Source: Eledone cirrhosa (taxonomy: Eukaryota). From it: a stretch of DNA of 64,000 nucleotides. The stretch lies in the NCBI GenBank assembly GCA_964016885.1, contig OZ024757.1, positions 33,232,001-33,296,000 of the forward strand, written 5' to 3'. Within the stretch, counting starts at the first letter, position 1. The number at the start of each line of letters is the position of its first letter. The notes beneath the pieces were generated by a model. The model was not told the origin of the DNA. It saw nothing but the letters and a program-made list of their open reading frames with translations, and did no database searches. Below are positions 14,125-26,839 of the stretch, piece after piece. The position numbers and the translations under genes are program-made.

Positions 14125-14394
14125 CATGCACACTCACACACATACACATATATATATGTGTGTGTGTATGGGTGTATAGAAAGATAAATAGATATAAATA
14201 TAGATATATATATATATACTCAATTGATTTTAGCAACGGTGACACGTCATCCATAGCTGGATCGATCAATGGTCGTCTATTTTCAGTAAGTTAGTAACTC
14301 TGGCCTCCCGTACACAAGAGCAACGTTGTTTATCTTGTTTGTTGGATCGGTCCCAGCAGAAGGATAGAGTCAGCACATTAGTTATTCTTGCTTT

Positions 14395-14890
14395 AGGCTA
14401 GCTTTACCATGTGTGTCTGGTTATTTAGTATCCTAGGCTAGTTTTACAGTGTGCGCCTGGGTATTTAGCACCCTAGGTTGGCTATATATTATGTGCCTGG
14501 GTACTTAGCGCCCCAGACTGGCTATATAACGTATGCCTGGTTATATAATGTGTCTGGGTATTTAGCACACTCGGCTAGCTCTACTATATGAACCTGGTCA
14601 GTTAGAATCCTAGTCTAGCTCTATAACATGTGCCTAGGTATTTAGTGCCCTAGATTATCTCTACAACATGTGCCTGTGTGTTTAGCATTCTAGACTAACT
14701 GTACATGTGCCTTAATACTTAGGGCCCTAGGCTAGCTCTATATGTGCGTGGGTATTAACCACCCTAAGCTAGCGTTACATGTGCCTAGGTATTTAATGCC
14801 CTAGGCTACCTTTCCAACGTGTGCTTTGGTATTTAGCGTCATTGAATGGCTTTACAATGCGTGGCTAGATATTTAACCTAGGGTAGCAAT
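14395..14890. repeat. ~41-bp minisatellite GTGTGTACCTGGGTATTTAGTGCCCTAGGCTAGCTCTACAA
   Basis: About 12 units here. It continues at 15650-15830 (a near-identical duplicate of 14720-14950) and at 16830-17080. Confidence 0.85.
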
Positions 14891-15540
14891 GTATTATGTA
14901 GAAATGACTTTTACAGGACTAGATCTGTTTCAGTCATATGAAATTACAAGGAATGTCCTCATACAATGCTTGTTTGGATATTTAGCAAACCAGGCTAGCT
15001 CTACAATGTGTGCCCATTTCTCCCAGTTATGCGCCTCATTCTCCCAAATAAAAGAATTTCAACTTGAAGTTTGGCAAGCTGACAAACCTAGTTGTTGATA
15101 CATTTTGCTCAGACCCCACAAAGAAAATTACTGAGCCTGCTTTTCCCCCTTACATGGTCCATGCTCACCAACGCCACTGCTAGCGATTTATTATACAGTA
15201 GTTGGTCAGAGGAAATTATATATTTACTTCAATTACACAATTTATTTTCTACAACTATGATCCTTTAAAGTTCGGTAATACGTTTCCTTGAGGATTGCGC
15301 CATAGACAGCTGCCTAGTTGACCTTAATATTAACACCGACCCTGTCAACACTCTAACCATTAAACCAGGCGCCTCTACAAATGCATCATGTATACGCTGC
15401 AATAGAAAGCACAACTTACACACCAGTTATTTATATATATCATGGTTTAGCATGTATCTGTCTTAATATGGCAGTCTGTACACAACTTCGTACAGGAGAA
15501 CACTTATACAGCGTTCCTCGCGTGCTTTTAACATGTGGCC

Positions 15541-15591
<51 letters not shown>

Positions 15592-16038
15592 GCGTACACT
15601 TCTTTAATACGTGCGTGTGTGTGTGTATGGGCGTGTGTATGTGCATGTATTAGGGCCCTAGGCTAGCTCTATATGTGCGTGGGTATTAACCACCCTAAGC
15701 TAGCGTTACATGTGCCTAGGTATTTAATGCCCTAGGCTACCTTTCCAACGTGTGCTTTGGTATTTAGCGTCATTGAATGGCTTTACAATGCGTGGCTAGA
15801 TATTTAACCTAGGGTAGCAATGTGTTATGTAGAAATGACTTTTACAGGACTAGATCTGTTTCATTCATATGAAATTACAAGGAATATATACACACATACA
15901 TCCGTACACTTCTTTAACATGTGTGTGTATGTATATGTGAATGTGCATGTATATGTGTGTGTATATATGTATATATGTGTGTGTGTGTGTCTATAATATA
16001 TATAACATCTAGAGCGCTAATAGTAATAATATAATATA

Positions 16039-16084
<46 letters not shown>

Positions 16085-16099
16085 ATATAAACAAATTTG

Positions 16100-16165
16100 T
16101 ATTTTATCTGATGAAAGCGCACCATAATTTGCCTTGGTTGCCCTTGAAATATATATAATAAAATA
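16100..16165 (+). ncRNA. Minimal type I hammerhead ribozyme (Penelope-like element type)
   Basis: Stem I TATTTTAT/ATAAAATA (8 bp), core CTGATGA, stem II AAG..GCACC/GGTTGC..CTT, GAAA, a 2-bp stem III with palindromic ATAT loop, and AUA cleavage triplet (16155-16157). Confidence 0.75.
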
Positions 16166-16298
16166 ATTATGGTTTTATAAATATAGTTTCCATTTATTAA
16201 TATATTGAATATTTACTCCACTAAATTGTTGAGTGCTTTATATCAGTTATAAAATATTTAAGCTTGTTGAATCCCAACAAATTAAATATAACCTCTGC

Positions 16299-16332
<34 letters not shown>

Positions 16333-16636
16333 AAACACACCCACACCTACACACAGTAATATCTCGGTTAGTGCTCTAGATATGTGCCTAATATGTAGCG
16401 CTATACGGGGTTATTATATTATAACACAACAAACAGCTAACAGCTTTTTAGGCTATTTTTAACAACGGTTTGAATACATAACACACGAAGGTGATTGGCA
16501 TCGCCCAACGACCGAAACTACCAGAAACTCAATGTCACACCCCCAAGCACTTAATAACTTTAGCTAACCTCATACACTGTGGTGTGGCATTCAGAGCCAG
16601 CAGCTGGGTGTTTAGTAGCTTAGAAAAACCATACAG

Positions 16637-16823
16637 CAGGCATGTCAAACTGAGGGTTCCCCGAGGGCCACATGGGTCACATATGTGTTGTTTGTGGGCC
16701 ACATACGACAACTAATTGGGCACATTACAATTAATTTTACGAAGATAAAACATGCTCGCGTTGTAAAAACCTTCGTGCGGGCCACAGGTGCGCTTGTAAA
16801 GGGCTGCATGTTTGACATGCCTG
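16637..16823. mobile_element. hAT (Charlie-like) MITE
   Basis: TIRs CAGGCATGTCAAAC/GTTTGACATGCCTG and an 8-bp TSD CCATACAG/CCATACAA. Confidence 0.85.
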
Positions 16824-18857
16824 CCATACAATGTGTATCTGGGTATTTAGTGCCCTAGGATTGCTTTCCAGTGTGTACCTGGTTATTTAGCGCCTTAGAC
16901 TAGTTCTATAGTGTGTACCTGGATATTTAGTACCCTAGGCTAGCCCTACAATGTGTACCTGGGTATTTAGTATCATAGTGAGCCCTACAATGAGGACTTG
17001 GGTATTTAGTGTCCTAGGCTAACTCTACAGTTTGTACCTGGGTATTTAATATCCTAGGCTAGTCATTCCGTGTGTGACTGGGGGCGTCTTGGAAAAAAAG
17101 GAAATTAGAAAAAGAAAAAAGAAATTAAGTAACGAAAGAAAGGAGAAAGAAGAAAGGAGGAAAGAACATACTCTACACTCAAAGTCTGGGTGATGCTGCA
17201 ATGCAGACAGAATTGTGTTCCAAGGGAGGCAATTGTGAGTTTTCTCTACTGAATATGTGGACGTAGTTACTTCTCTTGGTTTATCGTCTGCTGAGTCAAT
17301 GTTCAAACACAAAGGGGTTTCTAGTTTTTTTTCTTTTAACGCTCTTCTTTATTATTTAATCTTGTTTTTAATACTTTCGTGTCAGTAGATCTAAATAAAT
17401 ACGTCTCTATACAAATAATAATATTAAATACAATGAATTAAAAACTAAGGTTACGAAAAATTGCTTTGGCTCGCTCACGCAAGCAAAATAAATTGAAAGC
17501 GAATGTTTTTGTTGGTATATTTATTCTAGCGCTATGTAATCTTATTGTATAGTTGTTTTATGAACAGAGCAGCCTGCTAGTGAAATTAGCGTGCAAGTGG
17601 CTGAGCATTCCACAGACATGAGGATCGTTAACGCCGTTGTCAAGGATTCAAAGAGTCAGCCTTGTCACACTGTTACGCGAAATCTACCTAAAAGCAAAAG
17701 CATCTTGCACCTTAATTTCACGAGCAGGCTCTTCCATTGAATCAACTGTCAAATGTGACACAAGTCGTCGCAAACGACGGAGACACAACTTTGTTTAACT
17801 AATGTTATTCTCCTTCAAAATTCGGAAGGGAAACTGTTTGAAATGTCACACGTACAGTATCAATAGCTGAGATCATTATTGTGATCAAATAACAAGGTGC
17901 AGTTTAGGGAATGTATCGAAAAGGGTTTAAGTTACAACAAGACTGTTTCTACTCTCTCTCTCTCTCCACACACACACACAAACACACACACATGTATGTA
18001 TTAGAAATTATTAATAAAGTAAAGGCAAAGGGTAAAGAACTCCTTCGGTCACCAATGTCCATGGGATTTGCACCTAGAAAGTTCCCCTCCGAGGCACAAG
18101 TCCAAGCAAGGTGTTGTTTGTGGAAGACCGGCAGTCACCTCTGCGTACCAGTCTCCTCTCTCTACGCCACCAATGTTATGTTGTCCAAGGGAAAGGCTAT
18201 GGCCGATACAACTTGGCACCAGTGAAATCGTAACTCATTTCTACAGCTGAATAAACTGGAGTAACGTGAAATAAAGTGTCTTGCTCAAGAACACAACATA
18301 TCAGCGGGTCCGGGAATCGAACTCATAACCTTCACGATAGTGAATCCGACGCTCTAACCATCAAGCCACGCAAAGTACAATCACCCACTTCAGTGTATAC
18401 AGGACAGTAATGATTCATATTAGTATTTTCTATGGTGAGGTTTTGAAATTCGAGAATGCTATCTGATCTTAAGCGTGTATAATTTCCGTTTCTTTTCATG
18501 CTGGCTTCGATTGAATGAAGCTATCTGGGCCAGAATTTCGTTCAAGTAGATACCCTTCCTCGTATCAACACTCACTTTTAATTTTTAAAGTAAAATGTGG
18601 ATCTTTGTGCATCTATTTGTGTGTGTGTGTGTGCTGTGTTGTTTGTGTGTGTTGTGTTGTGTTGTGCTGTGTTGTGTTGTGTTGTGCGTGTGTGTGTGTA
18701 GGCAGCGAATTGGCAGAGTCGTTAGAACGTCGGATAGAGTGCTTTGCGGTAGTAGTTCCAGCTTTCTGCTCTCTCAGTTTAAATCACATCAAGATCAACT
18801 CAGCCCTTCATCCATTCGAGTTCGATAATAAATAAAAAAAATACCTGTCTAGTCCTG

Positions 18858-19023
18858 CAGAGCCGGATTTAGGCCAAATATGGCCCTGTGCTAGTTATAA
18901 GGCCCCTTACTTGGGCCCTGAAGGAGGTAAAAAAAATGTTTGGCAGGAAGATGTCCCCCCTCCCCTTGGCCAACGGGGCCCTGTGCTTAAGCACATCTAA
19001 GCACAATGGTAAATCCGGCACCG
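18858..19023. mobile_element. hAT-like MITE nested in a SINE tail
   Basis: TIRs CAGAGCCGGATTTA/TAAATCCGGCACCG and a direct repeat AGTCCTG on both sides. An older copy lies at about 3435-3594. Confidence 0.8.
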
Positions 19024-19756
19024 AGTCCTGGGGGACAATTCTTCCTCGATATATCATTCTTATTTCCCCTCTATCACTCTCTATCTTTCTTTGGAAATAA
19101 TCTGCTGTTTTTCTTTTTATGTAGAACCAGTCTATATTTTTCTTTCTCCCAAATAGGAAAGAGGGCAATGAAAACAATTTGAATTGTATTGTATCTTCAT
19201 GAAGCAATAAACTTTTAGTATTCAAACTAACCATAAGCTGTCAAGTCATAAAAGCATTGCCGTTTGTTCAAAGCAGTTATTCAAAAACATCATTGTTGAA
19301 ATAATATCTTATGTAGCAGCAAGCCGTGCACAAGATCACAAAAATCATCATGGTTTTCTAAATTTCGTCAAGTCATGTTTTTTTAATGCCTATATATGAC
19401 TACAACCTTGTTTGACTATGAAAACCCAAACGGGGGAGTACCATGAAAAAAAGTGCCCCAAAACAGGGAGAAATGAAGCAAAATGGGGACCTTTTACATT
19501 ATGAAAACTTTGCGAGAGGTTGCGAGAGCGACTCCCGGACCGGCCGATGCATTATGTCCCCAACCTTTTTGCATAAAAGGACTACGTTAACATTCCAAAT
19601 TTATATGAAGACCGCATATTAGAATTATCCATACTATCGAAGACAGTTCCCATTTTTATGATGCATTTTGTCGCGTTTTCAATCAAAACCCGTTTTTTTT
19701 CTGAGAAAATCTTTAGAAGTCTGTCGCGTTATCTATATGTTGAAGGACATAGAAAC

Positions 19757-19840
<84 letters not shown>

Positions 19841-20034
19841 TTTGTCCTTTTTTTGAAGTTGAGTTGCCTATATGCTGAATTTTTCCCCACACACTTACAC
19901 AGACACATAACAGGTTTCCTTTTACAATATAGTTTTACTACAACTATTACTACTACTACTACTACTACTGCCGCTGCTGCTGCTGCTGCTGCTGCTGCTA
20001 CGGTTGCTACTACTGCTTCTGCTACTACTACTAC

Positions 20035-20068
<34 letters not shown>

Positions 20069-20782
20069 TGTTTCTACTTTGGGCACAAGGCCAGCAATTA
20101 TCCAGTGCATTACTGGTACATTTATTTTATCGACCCCGTAAGGATGAAAGGCAAAGTTAACCTCGGCGGGATTTGAACTCAGAATGGAAAGGGGCGTAAC
20201 AATAATAATTGTTTCTACTTTAGGCACAAGGCCAGCAATTACCCAGTGCATTACTGGTACTTTATTTTATCGACCCCGTAAGGATGAAAGGCAAAGTCAA
20301 CCTCGGCAATACTTTGCAAAGTAGTTTGAATTTATATAAAAATCCAGGAAAATATATATATTTAAATATGTGCGCGTGTGTATGTGTGTGTGTGACATAT
20401 ATGCATACATGCATACAAATATACATACATATACGTACATGGCTGACCAAATACACCTACTTTTTCTCCAATAATTTCCCGTTCCTTCTCACTCTCTCTC
20501 TCTGTCTATTTTATCTTTTTATTCCTCATTCTATCATCTGATGAAAGACTAATGTCCGAAACGCAAAGACTTTTTTCCTACTATATCAAACGTTAAACTA
20601 ATATAGTTCTTCATTGTACTGTGTCGTTTGCTTTGTTATTTCTGTTTACTTTTTGCATACAAACATACACATATCCATACACACATATATATATCCATAC
20701 ATACATGCATCCATATATATATATATGCATACATACATACATACATTCATACATACGTACATGCATATATTTGTGTGTCCAA

Positions 20783-20817
<35 letters not shown>

Positions 20818-20970
20818 TTAATTTTGAAATGGCTTCTACAGGACTAGAACTGTTTCCTTCAGAAGAAATCATCAGATGATTTTTTTTTCTGAATGAAATT
20901 TGTTGCTTACACTCGACTAATATATTGAATACCTTACTAACTGTGGTTACCCCCCGATTGAACCCGGGAC

Positions 20971-21010
<40 letters not shown>

Positions 21011-21214
21011 GCACACAAATACACACACACATATATATCTTTCTTTAGATATTATTCAAAATATTAATAAATGAAAAATAATCTCACAACCAAAGTATAT
21101 ATTTTATTATACATATTTCAAAGGTACAATGGTGTTTAAGTACGTTTTCATCAGACAAAATATAAGATTTGATAGGCGACATACCGCTGCGGTTTTAATA
21201 GATAGATAGATAGA

Positions 21215-21597
21215 TATATTTCTTTATTTCCCACAAGGGTGCACAAGTAAAGGGGACAATACAAAGTTACATGTCGGGGATTTTACATACAGTCGTGTAA
21301 AAATATTGAAACAAACAATTATAACAATCGAAATCCCCAATAGAGGGGAAGCGTCACAAATGGGTTGTTTAATACCCCGTCGATAGAACAACCCTCAACT
21401 TCAGGAGCGTGTTGTGCAAGTGCCCCTTTCTTCCTTTTGCTATCTTATTTAACCTACAGGCTTATAAACAGAGAAAGCCCAATCACTCGGGCCATTTTCG
21501 CTTCATTCACCCACCTTTCAGTAAATTTTCTGGGGTGCAGTGCCTCTCTCTTCACTCTGATTCTCCTTCTAAAGTGATACTTAAAGATATTTTCCAC
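21215..21597 (-). mobile_element. L1/Tx1-like LINE 3' end with 3' UTR
   Basis: Minus-strand translation IFKYHFRRRIRVKREALHPRKFTERWVNEAKMARV. The tail CCCTTGTGGG..AATAAA is shared with about 63300-63545(+). Confidence 0.55.
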
Positions 21598-21958
21598 ATA
21601 GATAGATAGACACACATACATACATACGTGTGTCTGTATGTGTGTATGAGTGGGTGTATTTGTATATGAATGTATGTATGTGTGTATATATATACATATG
21701 TATGTGTGAGTGTGTAAATAGAAAAAAGCGTACGTGAGAGATAAGGGAGAAAAGTGAAGGAAGTGAGGCGAATTACCAGTGTCATTAAGTACAAAGATAA
21801 AGTTCACAGCTATATGTTTTATTGTTGTTGTTGTTGTTCCTTTCTGCTCACAAACCTAACTTGTATCACTCCGCGCTCAGGTTTCGCCTGCTATCTCAGT
21901 CAATTAGTTGGGCCTTCATCGGTTGCGACGACTGAGCGTTCTTGTTGTTTGATTAACT

Positions 21959-22243
21959 CAAAGGTTCTGAAAGTGGGCGCTACCACCCCTAGGCGGGCGC
22001 TGGGGCCCAAGGGGGCGGTAGAGATGATAATAATAGTATATTAAATATCAAATAATATATACTATATATAAATATAGTAAAATAAAAAAAATATATTTAT
22101 TTAGACATAGTATACATTATATTATTTATCATATATAAATTAACGATTTTATTTATTATATATTATTAACAATTGCATTTAGGCAGGTCTCTCTGGAAAT
22201 AGGATGTGGCCGTGAGGTGGTCCAAAAAATTTGAGAATCTTTG
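21959..22243. mobile_element. hAT-Charlie-type MITE
   Basis: TIRs CAAAGGTTCTGAAA/TTTGAGAATCTTTG and a perfect 8-bp TSD GATTAACT. An inverted relative lies at about 42355-42590. Confidence 0.85.
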
Positions 22244-22440
22244 GATTAACTCAACAGCATTTTTTTTGTGTGTACGTGCGTGTATTTGTATACCTATGTC
22301 GAGTGTTTTCGCGTATGCTTGTGTATGTACGTATATGGATGCTTGTATGTATTTATTTAAATTCATTTACCTCTGTATTTTATTTACTTTATTCTTAACT
22401 CTGAAGCCGAGAATCATTCGGTTTCCTAGTTAGAATTTTA

Positions 22441-22685
22441 GTCTACGACTTCAGTTATACCATTTACGTGGTTTTGTCTTTGCGTGCAATTGTTCTTCAT
22501 GCTCCACATATGACGTATTATCTTCGTTTTTTCCGTTCATTGCCAGTGAACGTCTATGAATCTACGACTTCTTTTATACCAAAAACGTGGCTTTGTCTTT
22601 GCGTGTAATTGTTTTTCACCGCTCCAAATAATGACGTATTATATTCGTTTTTTCCCGATCTTTGCCAGGGAACGTTTCCACGAAC
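22441..22685. repeat. Two-copy ~119-bp tandem duplication, CpG-containing, ~1 kb upstream of TMEM97
   Basis: TCTACGACTTC..ACGTGG..TTTGCGTG..TGACGTATTAT..GAACGT occurs twice. Confidence 0.8.
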
Positions 22686-23607
22686 CAAAGTATCGTCTTC
22701 CTGTCTTCCTCCGGTTGCAACGTTTTTTTAAATATTCACTTCTGCGTTCACAGATTGACTTTGTTAGTTTCAGAAGATCCCGTTAAGGGTGAAAGCAGCG
22801 ATTCTTTGCTTAAACTTTAATCTGTTATTTTCATAAATATATATATATATTATTTTAAAAAATAATTGTTTCTACTTTAGGCACAAGGCCAGCAACTACC
22901 CAGCGCATTACTGGTACTTTATTTTATCGACCCCGTAAGGATGAAAGGCAAAGTCAACCTCGGCGGGATTTGAACTCAGATCGTAAAGGGACGTAACTAT
23001 GCTGGAAAGGTTGGCGTCCGACCCTCTACTGATACTGCCAAAATAATGGTTACTAATTTAGGCACATGGCCAGTAATGTAGGGCCAGGTTAAGTCGATGA
23101 AATTGACCTCAGTACTTGGGAGGTACATTATTTTATGGGTTCCTAAGAAAATAAAAGGCAAAGTTAACCTCGTTGGAATTTAGACACAGAACGTAAAGAG
23201 TCATAACTAAATGTTGCAAAGTGTTTTGTCCGGCGCTCTACCCATGCAGCTAATCTACCGCCCACAATACAAAATACTTATTTCTACTTTTAGTACAAAA
23301 CCAGTAATTACCCCAGTTCATTACTAGTACTTTATTTTATCGACCCCGTAAGGATGAAAGGCAAAGTTAACGGGATCCTTAATTTGTGCCCACAAATAAC
23401 CGGAGCACGACGATTAAAGAAAAAAAAAAGTTCTTCCGCGATTGTCAAACGAAATTATTACTACTAACGACTTTTTGACACCATTTAAAGTGGCCAGCCT
23501 TTAAACCGCGGAAGGCATCCGTTACAGTATATTTCGACAGAATCAAAGGAAACGCTGAAAATTATCATTATTATTCTCATAGAGGGAGTCGAAATCAAAT
23601 TTAAGCA

Positions 23608-24162
23608 ATGAGACGTTTCATCGATTATATCTTTCTCATCTACTTCACATCTCATATCGGCATTACAATCTTTTTCGATTCACAAGTGTTCCTCCCACCG
23701 TGGGTGTTCCCAGCTGTATTGAGAGACATACTCAACAAATACTGTGTTTCTATGAAGGACCCGCTGTTGATGCAAGCCCCTGCATGGTATGAGGCTTTCT
23801 TGTTATGCGAATTTTTATTACATTTCCCCTTTTTCTTTGTGTCATCCTACGCTTATTGGAAAGGAGCTAGGCGTTGTCCTTGGATCCGCTTACCCGTTAT
23901 TATTTATGGTACCCACACCAGTACCACACTTTTACCAATATTGTACCATATATTGATGTATGATTTTGAATCAACCGAAGCGAAGAAATTGCTGTACGCC
24001 GGACCTGTTAATTCGACAGAGAGGTTCCGCTTAGCTGCCGTTTACTTCCCATATCTCATAATCCCATTAATCATGGTGGCCGATGGCCTATTCAGTAAAG
24101 TCTACACCGTTGATAATAATATGTTGTCAACTAAGACGAAGTCGGCTACGAAAAATGAATAA
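23608..24162 (+). CDS. TMEM97: Sigma intracellular receptor 2 / transmembrane protein 97 (EXPERA domain), single-exon CDS, 184 aa
   Basis: Family motifs SHIGITIFFDSQ (human D29 equivalent), MKDPLL (D56), FLLCE, WIRLPVIIYGTHT.TTLLPIL and ERFRLAAVYFPYLIIP, with four hydrophobic helices. A possible 5'-UTR splice acceptor is at TCTCATAG (AG 23581-23582). Confidence 0.92.
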   Translation: MRRFIDYIFLIYFTSHIGITIFFDSQVFLPPWVFPAVLRDILNKYCVSMKDPLLMQAPAWYEAFLLCEFLLHFPFFFVSSYAYWKGARRCPWIRLPVIIYGTHTSTTLLPILYHILMYDFESTEAKKLLYAGPVNSTERFRLAAVYFPYLIIPLIMVADGLFSKVYTVDNNMLSTKTKSATKNE

Positions 24163-24338
24163 CAGGCATGTGTAAATCTGCTCTTACTAACCATGAAAAT
24201 CTTGGCTCGACCCATGTTATTTAATTTGAACTAGGTAGACGGAAACTGTAGAAACCCGTCGTACACGCACACACATATATATATATAGTATAAAGAAAAG
24301 CGAAGTAGTTTCAGATGTTCAAATCCTTTAATAATAAT

Positions 24339-24412
24339 GCTGTGATATATATTTCAGTGACGACACTGGCCACACTGTTCTGTGTGCGAGTGTCGTGTCA
24401 TCATCAGACAGC
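24339..24412 (-). ncRNA. Minimal type I hammerhead ribozyme with extended stem II
   Basis: The minus strand reads GCTGT-CTGATGA-[TGAC ACGACACT..CACAC agaaca GTGTG..AGTGTCGT CAC T]-GAAA-T-ATAT-ATC-ACAGC. This gives a 5-bp stem I, intact core boxes and an AUC triplet; the base of stem II is irregular. Confidence 0.7.
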
Positions 24413-25243
24413 TTGTTACATAATAAGGTTATATATATATATCACCTTGACCGACCAGACTGTCGGGCGCCATTCAGCGCCGCTGGTCACAGCTTATATA
24501 TATATAAGAAGAAAGTGACAAACTAATATTACTACACACATACACACATACAAGGTGTCTCCCAAAAATGTATACATATATTTATTTGAATGCTGTTGAA
24601 GTGTGTATACATTTTGGGGGACACCCTGTATGCTTATATATATATATATAGTTCGCAACCTTTTCACTGCCAAGGACCTCTTTTATTTATATCAATTTTC
24701 CCCTGAACTTCCACTCCCTGTAATTACTGCCCCTCGCCGCCTAAATTGTTACACAGTGAGAACAACTGCCAAGGACCCCTTTTTCTTAAATTGTTATACA
24801 CTGAGAATAATTACAAGTGAGAAACATTTATACAAATACCTAGTATTGTGTGTGTATACTAAATTTATAATAAAGTACTTAAAATATTTATACATAGAGG
24901 AGAATAAATATCCAGTATTGTATATATTGTATATTGTTTATAACAAATTACTTATTTTTTCTTAGAAAAATAAAAATTATATTCTATCCATGTGTATTGA
25001 GTGCTCATTCAGTTAATATTCTATAAGTTCTATTTGCGTTTGAACATAAAACAACTGCCCCGCCCCCCTCTCTCTCTCTCTCTCTCTCTCTGTTTATATA
25101 TATATGTATATATTCGAAACGGTAAAAGCTTAACCGTAGGGCAGAAAATTTACACTCAGAACAAAGGTCAATAATGTCTTACTGGTCTTAACTAGTAACA
25201 TCACTCGCGCGCACACACACACACATATATATATATATTTATC

Positions 25244-25438
25244 AGACCTGTCAACTCTCCCCGTCGGACGGGGAGATCTCCCACCTACTTTGGGGTGGGT
25301 GAGAGATGTCTTCTCTTGTAAAAATGGGTATAGCTTTCATTCTGTAAAATCTCCCCATTTTGCCTCGTTTCTCCCCGCTTTTGGGGCACTTTTTTTAATA
25401 GTACTCCCCATTTGGGTTTTTAGGGGTTGGGAGATCTG
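25244..25438. mobile_element. hAT-like MITE
   Basis: Imperfect TIRs CAGACCTGTCAAC/GTTGGGAGATCTG. The interior is shared in reverse with about 19420-19500. Confidence 0.55.
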
Positions 25439-26402
25439 ATATATATATGATGATGGCGATGGGTTCTTTCGTCTATCTCGGTGCAATGAGTGTCCAGTAG
25501 ATTTAACTTAAATCTGTTGTCAAATGTACATCTCTGAAGTGACACTTAACTCTTTAGCATTTACATTATTCTATATTTACTATTGTATTTTTACAGTAAA
25601 GGCTTTATTTCACATAATATCGAATATATACATTATGTTTGAACAGAAAGAAGTGAGAGTTCTGGTCGGATACGGCCAATTTAAATACTAAAGTTCCGTC
25701 AAAGCCATGCAAGCACTGCCACATAAGGTGTTAGAGTGTTGGTTATGAGATAAAGTAGCTGGTACTAGTGAGGATGCTTTAGTCCTCGTTCTTTCCTCTC
25801 TCGGCTGTTGGAGACGACTACATTCGAAAATGTTACAGGTGCTATAAAAATTTGCCCTTCACTTCTTTGGGTCCAGGGCCTTATTCTTTAAAACGTACGC
25901 CTACATCTTAATGGTTACTCTTCTTTTCAGCTTGTCCTTATACCCGAGCCCTATATATATATTTATATATAACAAATTTTCCTTTCTGATGAACTACTTC
26001 GGACACCTCTGTTGAGGTTGCCTGTTTTCGTGAAAACTTTGGTAATTGGAATAATTGTATTGTGTTGTTTATTACATAATTAAATAACAAAGGGCGGTGG
26101 ATTGGCAGTATTGGGAGAGGGTCGGACGCCATGCTTTGACGTATAGAGTTACGGCCCTTGCCATTCTGAGTTCAAATCCCGCCGAGGTTAACTTTGCCTT
26201 TCATCCTTACGGGTTCGATAAAATAAAGTACCAGTAATGCACTGGGTAATTTGCTGGCCTTGTGCCTAACGTAGAAACAATAATTAAATAACAAATTTAA
26301 CATAGAAATGGCTTCTACATGACTAGAACTGTTTCAGGAGATGATTTCCTTTCAATAGCATCCTAATCAAAGTGTGTACGCATTTATTCAGATTTATTCC
26401 TG

Positions 26403-26433
<31 letters not shown>

Positions 26434-26839
26434 TCGCACACATTAGGAAAATATGATGGCGTAGCAAGAAAGAAAAGGGTTGTATGAGTGCTCTCCCTTG
26501 AATGTTACTCTAATCGGTTGGGCTAAAACGTACGACTTTTGCTAGAAATCGTTGCTAAATCATCCATCCTATTGTCTTGGAAAGTTTTAGACATAGCAGT
26601 CAAACTATAAGCTTACTATGTTAGATAATGCTAAAATTAACAATCATATTTTCCTCAAATCACCTACACAAAACTGGTCTTGTAATCAATCAGTAGGCAT
26701 AATGTTGTGGAGATCTGTTGTAAAAGCCTGCAATATTTTTTGAAGAGGGAGGAGGAGCAAATTCAGAGGCTACACAAACACACTCACCACACTGACATAT
26801 ACACAGTATATACTCACATAAAAGTAGAACCTTACTCGC

